From NCBI GenBank assembly GCA_037379345.1, contig CM074525.1:24855840-24919839 (forward strand): a stretch of 64,000 nt of DNA. The letters run 5' to 3'. Under the pieces are notes generated by a model, which saw only the letters and a program-made list of their open reading frames with translations, was not told the origin of the DNA and did no database searches. Positions 42,301-52,700 of the stretch are shown here, piece by piece; within the stretch, counting starts at the first letter, position 1; each line of letters starts with the position of its first letter. Position numbers and translations under genes: made by a program. This DNA is from Perna viridis. Taxonomy: Eukaryota.

Positions 42301-45300
42301 GTTATTTTTATACCCCCACAAACAAAGTTTTTGGAGTATATAGGTTTGACTTTGTCTGTCTGTCCACAGCAATTTTCTAATCAGCTTGATGCATTGTTAT
42401 TAAACTATGTTGGATGGAAAATAACCACATGGAGATGTGTATACTGTCATGAATATATAAGTTTTTGCAAAAATTGAAGAAATGACGACTCGTGGACATA
42501 GGCATTTATTTCAACAAACTTGGTCTCGTGTGTTGTAGGCAACTCCTCCTCATGGAATTGCGGGATTGTTATAAAACTTGATTGGAGTATTAAATTACCA
42601 TATTGACACATGCCTGTTGTCAAGAATTTATGTTTAGGCAAAAATTGTAGAAATGTTGGCTGATGGACTTAAGTGTTTTTCAGCAAATCTTGGTCTGATG
42701 TGTTGTCCACAGCTCCTCCTCAACGACTTGTAGGATTGTTATGAAACTCGACAAAGTTTTAGTTTACCATATTGTGGTGTACTTGTTGTCAGTGATATAT
42801 GTTTACAGTAAATTTGCAGTCATATTCTGTTGTGTTAAAAAAAAAGTACTAATTGCAGTTTGGAGTTGGGTGTTTTAGAATGGCATAAGTGTTAGAATGG
42901 CACCAATGTTGTGTGTCAGAAGTGCTTAGTCTATCTTTCATGAATATTAAATCCAATATGAATCATGTGTCCACATTGTTTCCAAATGTACAGGGTTCAA
43001 CAAGCTGCGGTGGTATTAGTGAGGTTAGGGGCAGTGTCTAGTTTTTTGGGAAATACTGTTTACCTTCTCCCATCACTTATGTTACAAATTATAAATAGAG
43101 TTTTAGCAGTTGTGATTATAACACTGATATGAGAAAGACACTATGTTTAATGCCAGCAAAAAATTTTTACACGTCTGTATGTCGGTGTTTGTTAAGAGCG
43201 TTTCCATTTTTGTTCTAGACATACATATAATATAATATTAAAGGTATTGTTAGAAAATGTAAAAGACAGGGAAAAAATTACGCTTTGACCTACCCACGAA
43301 AACCACGAAAATTGGTACCCCCATGAACAATAATACTTGCACAGTATTACTATAATTGTAATTGTAACAATATTTCAATCATTTTTATAATACATTCCGT
43401 TCTTGGTAATTTCAGTTCACACATTAGAACAAAGTCAGTCAACCCAACAGAAGAATTCAGACAAATCAGAGAAAAAAGACAGCAAAAAGGACTCAGAAAC
43501 TGCTTCAGTCAAACCCCCTCCTACTAAAAGATCTCGGTAAGTAGGACTCAGAAACTGTTTCAGTCTAACCCCTTCCTACTGAAAGGTCTCGGTAAGTAGG
43601 ACTTCAGAACAGCTTCAGTCCACCCCTCCTTCAAAAAGATCTTGGTAAGTAGGACTCAAACTGTTTCAGTCTAACCTCTTCCTCCTAAAAGATCTCAGTA
43701 AGTCGGACTTCGGAACAGCTTCAGTCTAACCCCCTCGTATAAAAAGAACTCGGTAAGTAGGACTCAGGAACAGGTTCAGTCCACCCCTCGTATTAAAAGA
43801 TCTCACTTGGTAGGACTCAGGAACAGCTTCAGTCCACCCCCTCCTACAAAAATGTCTTAGTAGGACTGATGAACAGCTTCAATCTAACCCCCTCCTGCAA
43901 ATAGATCTTGGTAAGTAGGACTCAGGAACAGCTTGTATGTGTCATTATGAGATATGTTTAACAATTACAATGTCAATCTGTTAAACAGTGATAGAAGTAA
44001 TTCTATCTGATGTAATGTAGAAATACGTGGAAGTGTTATAGTTCGTGGAGTATCAGTTTTCATGGTTTTTGGTTTACCATGAAATCTGGTTCAGAACAAA
44101 ATAGAACTTTCCCATTGAATCGTATGTTAGAAATGTCAAATCATCAAAATTAAATAATCTATGAACTTATGTTTTATTTCCTATACCACGAAAATAGGTA
44201 CTTACAATTAAAAGTACTTCTACGGTAGTCCTGACTGTCTAGTATGTTTGAATGTTAAGGAATCAATGAAGTTGTGTTCAATAAGTAATCAATGATACAT
44301 GTATGATATGCTGTATGATTTATAATTGACAGGTGGACGTCTAAAGAAAAACAGCAGCCAGGAACAGGACCTTCTTCACCCTCATCGTAAGTTTCTTCTA
44401 CAGGTCAAAGTTGGCTTCATGCATCAATTTAGTGAAAGTGTATTAAAATTTTAATTATCATCTCTGAAACACACTTATCAACAATTAAAAGAAAAACACA
44501 TTAAAATTGTATATGTGACTTTGCTGTTGATCTTAAATTATGATGTTAGACACCAATTTATAAAAGGTATATTGATATATTAGTTGGAAGCTTTAGATCT
44601 ACACAAAAACTCTTTGATAAGCAGTGGTATGTCCATGTGGAGATTAAGAGTTGTTCCCCTTTACTAGTTTCCATAGGGTAGAATCAATACACTGAAGCTA
44701 TCATTTGACTGTGAAAACAGTATCAAAATCCCACTTTTTATTTCTAAGGTCAAAGGTCATTTATTTGTCTTCTGTATATTTACTTCCTAATTGATCAAGT
44801 CGATTTTTGGTGGATATTTTTTGGTTCCTAGACTACCCATAGTCTCTCTTGTGGTTGCCTAATTACAAATTTTTATTTACATTAATTAAAAGGATCCAGT
44901 CTGCCATAATTTTATAAGCAGTTCTCTCATCACCTTCTGAGGGGTGTGAAAGAATAGCTCACCAACTTACAAGTGTTTCATGAAAAGTTGGCATGAGAAT
45001 TAAATAGTTACCTTTGATTGTTCTTACATTACTATTGATTATTTGATTGAGTTAATGAATCTTTGTTTTTTTTTATTGTCAGTCTCTGTAAGGATCAGGC
45101 AGTGGGTTCAAACGGAAAAAATACCACTATTTTGCAAGTTTAATTCAGCTATTTGGACCATCAAAATCAAGAGAGAAAAAAACGAGATTTTTCCATTAAA
45201 GTTGTAATTTATCGGAATGCACTGAAAATTAACATTTCAAGGACAGATAAATCTGTCTAAACATCATTTTTCTAACATTCTATCGACATTCTATTTAAAA

Positions 45301-46133
45301 AATTTTGAGCCAACCCAGTAATGCAGAGATCAAAGAATGGTCTGGTATCATTGAAATTTTTGGTCGGTTTTTGACACGTTCCCATTTTGCCTGATCTTTA
45401 CCTGCCGTCTCTGCCAAAAACTTAACCTGATCTCTCTCTCTCTCTCTCTCAAAAACTTAACCTGATCTCTCTGTCAGAAAATTCACCTGCTCTCTCTCAA
45501 AAACTTAACCTGATCTCTCTGTCAGAAAATTTACCTGCTCTCTCTCTCTCTTTCTCAAAAACTTAACCTGATCTCTCTGTCAGAAAATTCACCTGCTCTC
45601 TCTCTCTCTCTTTCTCAAAAACTTAACCTGATCTCTCTGTCAGAAAATTCACCTGCTCTCTCTCGCTCAAAAACTTAACCTGATCTCTGTCAGAAAATTC
45701 ACCTGCTCTCTCTCTCTCAAAAACTTAACCTGATCTCTGTCAGAAAATTCACCTGCTCTCTCTCTCAAAAACTTAACCTGATCTCTGTCAGAAAATTCAC
45801 CTGCTCTCTCTCTCTCTCTCTCTCAAAAACTTAACCTGATCTCTCTGTCAGAAAATTCACCTGCTCTCTCTCTCTCTCAAAAACTTAACCTGATCTCTCT
45901 GTCAGAAAATTCACCCGCTCTCTCTCTCTCTCTCAAAAACTTAATCTGATCTCTGTCAAAAAATTCACCTGCTCTCTCTCTCAAAAACTTAACCTGATCT
46001 CTCTGTCAGAAAATTCACCTGCTCTCTCTCTCTCTCTCTCAAAAACTTAATCTGATCTCTCTGTCAAAAAGTTCACCTGCTCTCTCTCTCAAAAACTTAA
46101 CCTGATCTCATCTCTCTGTCAGAAAATTCACCT

Positions 46134-46168
<35 letters not shown>

Positions 46169-46407
46169 AACTTGACCAGATCTCTCTGTCAGAAAATTCA
46201 CCTGCTCTCTCTCTCAAAAACTTAACCTGATCTCTGTCAGAAAATTCACCTGCTCTCTCTCTCAAAAACTTAACCTGATCTCTCTGTCAGAAAATTCACC
46301 TGCTCTCTCTCTCTCTCAAAAACTTAACCTGATCTCTCTGTCAAAAAGTTAACCTGCTCTCTCTCTCACAAAAACTTAACCTGATCTCTCTGTCAGAAAA
46401 TTCACCT

Positions 46408-46450
<43 letters not shown>

Positions 46451-46689
46451 AACTTGACCAGATCTCTCTGTCAGAAAATTCACCTGCTCTCTCTCTCAAA
46501 AACTTAACCTGATCTCTGTCAGAAAATTCACCTGCTCTCTCTCTCAAAAACTTAACCTGATCTCTCTGTCAGAAAATTCACCTGCTCTCTCTCTCTCTCA
46601 AAAACTTAACCTGATCTCTCTGTCAAAAAGTTAACCTGCTCTCTCTCTCACAAAAACTTAACCTGATCTCTCTGTCAGAAAATTCACCT

Positions 46690-46758
<69 letters not shown>

Positions 46759-49700
46759 AACTTAACCTGATCTCTCTGTCAAAAAGTTCACCTGCTCTCT
46801 CTCTCTCTCTCTTTCTCAAAAACTTAACCTGATATCTCTGTCAGAAAATTCACCTGCTCTCTCTGTCAGAAACTTAACCTGATCTCTCTCTCTCGAAAAC
46901 TTAACCTGATCTCTCTCTCTCAAAAACTTAACCTGCTCTTTCTCTCTCAAAAACTTAACCTGCTCTCTCTCTCTCTCTCAAAAACTTAACCTGCTCTCTC
47001 TGTCAGAAACAAGTGCATGCCCTTTGATTTAAGAACCATAAAGAAAATATTTGAATTACATGTAACAAAGCTTATTAATTAGGTAAACACATGAAATCTA
47101 AAATATTATGAAAGCTTTGTGAGGGATGGTTTTCATTCTGTACCCTAGGATTATAATCAATTAAAAAAAACCAGCTATTTAGACATCTCCTTCTTTGAAT
47201 AAATCCATGTTTTGACTTCAACATATTATATCACATTGTTTTATAAAGCCCTTGTTTATTTGTCTGCACAATTAGTCCATTGTTATTTGGTTCGTGTACA
47301 TTTTATATGAGGCTATTGTTAATTGATCATACTTGTAATAATGCAAAACTTTCATGATGCGAAATGAGATGTCAAAATGTTTTAAAAATCAAAAGTTTGG
47401 AATAAGACCAAGGCTTGTGACACATGGTCGTTGTATTTTATTTCAACAGTCAGATTGACGACCCTGATGAGTCTCCGGAAACTAAGTTAGAGAGAGAACG
47501 CGTTAGGCGACAAGCCAACAATACACGAGAAAGGTTTGTCTATATTTCCCTTGGATTTTGTGCCCATCTATGTAGATTTAATCTGAAAGTCAGCCAGGTA
47601 TCAGTTTCTCCCAAGGTATGGATGTTAGTAAATCACCATCATCATTTCTTGTCTTTAAAAGGTATAAAGAAGCCTTACCATCAACAAGCAAGGTTAATTT
47701 TATTTGTTTGTGAAAATCAGAATTTTCAATATTTTTCACATGAAATTAACGATTTTCATGTGAAATTCACTAAACATTAATTTCATGTGAACATTTCGTG
47801 TGAATTTCACATGAACTCTATCACTTAGTTTACTTGCTCAATTTAGGTGAAAATCATGTGAAATTCATGTGAAAATCATTTCAAATAATTCTGCCAGTGT
47901 ATAAAGTTATTGTTTTGATGATTATCTTTTGTTGTTTATACTAAAATCAGTTTCACTAAAACACAAAGAAGACTTGGAATAATATCAGATTTAACAGTAC
48001 ATTGACTATTCTACAGATCAGAATTCTGTGCATGAAGACAAGGTATTTGGCCTACATTCAGATTAGAACTACATTCTGTGTTATGAAACCTATCCACTCC
48101 CATTCAATGATTATTACCAATTATCTAGAGTTTTGGCTATTGAATACCACACTTAATATGTTTTAGACAGTTTTAAATTGATTAATAAAATTGTTACTTT
48201 TAAAGGGCAACATATTTTTCTTCAATTCAAATCTAGTTCAGCCCTTACCAACACCATTGTCTTCTTTAAATAAACTTGTGCAGCCATTGTGGTAGTGAAG
48301 ATAACTGGTTTATTTTTGGAGTAATCTGAATGAGAGTGATCAGGTGTATAGTTTTGTTGGTTTTGGGATATTCATGTTGTCAGCACTCAGTTCTGGTCTG
48401 TCTGTTTCATTGGCAGTAATGACCTCGCCGATGAAGACGAGTCTCCGGAGACCAAGCTGGAACGTGAGAGATTACGGCGACAAGCTAATAATGCTCGGGA
48501 AAGGTTTGTCTTGATTCTCTGGGTGACGTATTGCAGGGTTATTGCACAAATATTTGGAAACACTGTGCCAAGTAGGGTGTATTATTGCACAACCTTTAAG
48601 AAGCATTATACATCTTACAAGGCATAATATTCCTAAATATTTATGCAATAAGCCTTTTATTGTATAGCAATCAATCATTGTTTGATTCATTATTTCCTTA
48701 TGATTACATTTTTGCAAGTTATATTTGCATTTGTGTAATTAATTCATTTATAACACTTTTGTAAAAGATAACTATCTGTGAGAAATGATATATTGCTATT
48801 CAATAAACCAGTATATTCAAGCTGTCTTCCTCTGGTCACTGTAGTATATAATTATCTATATTAATTCAGGAAGTAATGCCACAGTTTTATTGTTGCATGA
48901 ACTTGAACATATTATTTGCAATAAACCATTTTTGGAAGTTTTGTTATAAATTTCTCAGTGCCTCATCTAACAACGACAAATGAAATGGTCCTGTTTCAAA
49001 AAAATGCAGTAATAATTGTGTGCAATATTTTCTGAATTTACAGTTTACAAGTATTTGAATTATAATGCCCTGCCAACAATATTCAGGTATATATATATAT
49101 ATCAATGTGTCTGTCTATCTGTGCATCAGTTCCAATAGTAATGTTAGTACATGTGTTTTAGCTTAGTTTAACTGGCAATCTTTACTAGCTCAAAACATAG
49201 AATTTTTATTCATAAAAATAGGATGAGTTGGTTAAAAAAAACGCCACACTTTTTCTGGCTGTGAAATGATGTGCAGGGCATTAGAACTGTATCATATTGA
49301 TTTGTTTGATAACGTGTCATCATAATACAGTAATTACATTGTCAAGTGTTATACTTTAAAAATGAATGTTTTCAGGGAGTATGTAAACCATCAAGTATCT
49401 AAGTCCTACAGTCCCTGGAACTATCCATGCGACTTTTACAGTCCCTGAAACTATCCATGCAACTTTTACTGCCCCTGAAACTATCCACACATTATTACAG
49501 TCCCTGAAACTATCCATGCAATTTTTACAGTCCCTGAAATTATCCATGCAACTTTCTGATGCATTGATGATCCATGATTGAATGATTGCTGACAGTTGTC
49601 CAGTGACCAATCTGATCACAGTTTTGTTGAGTAAAATGACAGATGATCAGTTCATGTAAATCTAAGAATTTTCATTGTAAAAATCTAAATTATTAAATCT

Positions 49701-52700
49701 AAAATGCAAGATAAAAATAATTCAATTGATGTCTAATTGTATATCACTTAGAAAATATACGTAAAAATGGAAAACCAAAAAACAATCCTTAAATTGTATT
49801 TACCGATCAGCAGTATCGTGATGGAACAAAGAAGTGATCACTGATGAAATGAATTGATGACTGATCAGAAACTGATTGATAATCGATGACGAATTACAAT
49901 TATAGTTGTATGGATCGGTTCAGATACTGTATATGTTTGTATGGACTAAACAAACAAAAATGTTATGAAGAAAAATTTACATTGAAATAAGATAGTTATA
50001 ACAAGATACATGTGTGTAAATATGGGTACAGTATCAATTGATCTTGTGAAATAAAATTTTACATACATTTGATTGTTTCTACAATTTAGTCAAGTATGTT
50101 TTAATTAAGAAATTTTCCTTTCATTCTGTTATACCAAATATTTGATAGATCTATTAAATTGATGACTTAAAAATAAATAGATGTGACAATTTCATTAGGT
50201 CTATTGTTTCTAATAAAAAAACAGAAGGCATATCAATTTGACATTTTTTTGTGAAAATAGAAAAGTTAAATCACTTGTCAAAATAAGCTACTTTGCAGTT
50301 TCTGGTTCTATCTTTTTTTTTTTATATTTGATACTGAGAAGTATTCTATTGATGATAGAAATTATGAAATAGTTATTTATTTACAGAATAAGAGTTAGAG
50401 ATATCAATGAAGCCTTTAAAGAATTAGGGAGTATGGTCTCATTACACTCAGGAAACAGTCAGCCACTGACAAAACTAATGGTCTTACAGCAGGCTGTAAA
50501 TGTGATAACATCACTAGAACAACAAGTCAGGGGTTAGTAACTTTTTAAAATAATGTTTTTACAGCAGGGGTAAAATGTGATTATATCACTAGAACATCAG
50601 GTCAGGGGTTAGTAACTTACTAAAATGATGGTTTAACAACAGGGGTAAAATGTGATTATATCACTAGAATAACAGGTCAGTGGTTAGTAACTTACTAAAA
50701 TGATGGTTTAACAACAGGGGTAAAATGTGATTATATCACTAGAACATCAGGTCAGTGGTTAGTAACTTACTAAAATGATGGTTTAACAACAGGGTGTAAA
50801 ATGTGATTATATCACTAGAACATCAGGTCAGGGGTTAGTAACTTACTAAAATGATGGTTTTACAGCAGGGGTAAAATGTGATTATATCACTAGAACATCA
50901 GGTCAGGGGTTAGTAACTTACTAAAATGATGGTTTTACAGCAGAGTGTAAAATGTGATTATATCACTAGAACATCATGTCAGGGGTTAGTAACTTACTAA
51001 AATGATGGTTTTACAGCAGGGGTAAAATGTGATTATATCACTAGAATAACAGGTCAGGGGTTAGTAACTTACTAAAATGATGGTTTTACAGCAGGGGTAA
51101 AATGTGATTATATCACTAGAATAACAGGTCAGGGGTTAGTAACTTACTAAAATGATGGTTTTACAGCAGGGTGTAAAATGTGATTATATCACTAGAACAT
51201 CAGGTCAGTGGTTAGTAACTTACTAAAATAATGGTTTTACAGCAGGGTGTAAAATGTGATTATATCACTAGAACATCAGGTCAGTGGTTAGTAACTTACT
51301 AAAATGATGGTTTTACAGCAGGGTGTAAAATGTGATTATATCACTAGAACATCAGGTCAGGGGTTAGTAACTTACTAAAATGATGGTTTTACAGCAGGGG
51401 TAAAATGTGATTATATCACTAGAACAACAGGTCAGGGGTTAGTAACTTACTAAAATGATGGTTTTACAGCAGGGTGTAAAATGTGATTATATCACTAGAA
51501 CATCAGGTCAGTGGTTAGTAACTTTTTAAAATGATGGTTTTACAGCAGGGGTAAAATGTGATTATATCACTAGAACATCAGGTCATTGGTTAGTAACTTA
51601 CTAAAATGATGGTTTTACAGCAGGGGTAAAATGTGATTATATCACTAGAACATCAGGTCAGTGGTTAGTAACTTACTAAAATGATGGTTTTACAGCAGGG
51701 GTAAAATGTGATTATATCACTAGAACATCAGGTCAGTGGTTAGTAACTTACTAAAATAATGGTTTTACAGCAGGGGTAAAATGTGATTATATCACTAGAA
51801 TAACAGGTCAGGGGTTAGTAACTTACTAAAATGATGGTTTTACAGCAGGGTGTAAAATGTGATTATATCACTAGAACATCAGGTCAGTGGTTAGTAACTT
51901 ACTAAAATGATGGTTTTACAGCAGGGTGTAAAATGTGATTATATCACTAGAACATCAGGTCAGTGGTTAGTAACTTACTAAAATGATGGTTTAACAACAG
52001 GGGTAAAATGTGATTATATCACTAGAACAAGTTAGGGGTTAGTAACTTACTAAAATGATGATGTTACAGGAGGTAAAATGTGATTATATCACTAGAACAT
52101 CAGGTCAGTGGTTAGTAACTTACTAAAATGATGGTTTAACAACAGGGGTAAAATGTGATAATATCACTAGAATAACAGGTCAGGGGTTAGTAACTTACTA
52201 AAATAATGGTTTTACAGCAGGGTGTAAAATGTGATTATATCACTAGAACAAGTTAGGGGTTAGTAACTTACTAAAATGATGATGTTACAGGAGGTAAAAT
52301 GTGATTATATCACTAGAACAAGTTTGGGGTTGAGAATATCCAGTTACCATGGTTTGAATTTACCGGTCGGCAGAATAGGGTTCAATAAAGATCCAACCAT
52401 ATCAACTAATGTTACTAAAAGGACGACATACTAAGAACACATTATACAAGAACCATAACTCTTGTCTTTCTCATCAATTTCTACAAAAATTGCCTACCAT
52501 TTCTTTTTCTCATGCATTTCCTAAAGGCCGTTTTCGAAACAACCTCATATGAAGGCTTTTTTTAAAAATATAAGTAGGATATTCCATTTTACTGCATTTT
52601 CTTGTTACTGATGTTTGAGAAGGGAGATAACTGCTAGAAACATAGGACATGCAGTGTATAACACAGAGACTGACTTGAAAGTTTTAAAAAATTATTGGTC

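Noticed and set aside
47450-48503. Haplotype or assembly duplication as the cause of the twin exons
   Set aside because: Similarity is limited to the exons and donor, with many synonymous differences; the flanking introns are unrelated.
50465-52331. CRISPR-like array
   Set aside because: Units are contiguous with no unique spacers, there are no cas genes, the context is a eukaryotic intron, and the unit derives from the exon end.
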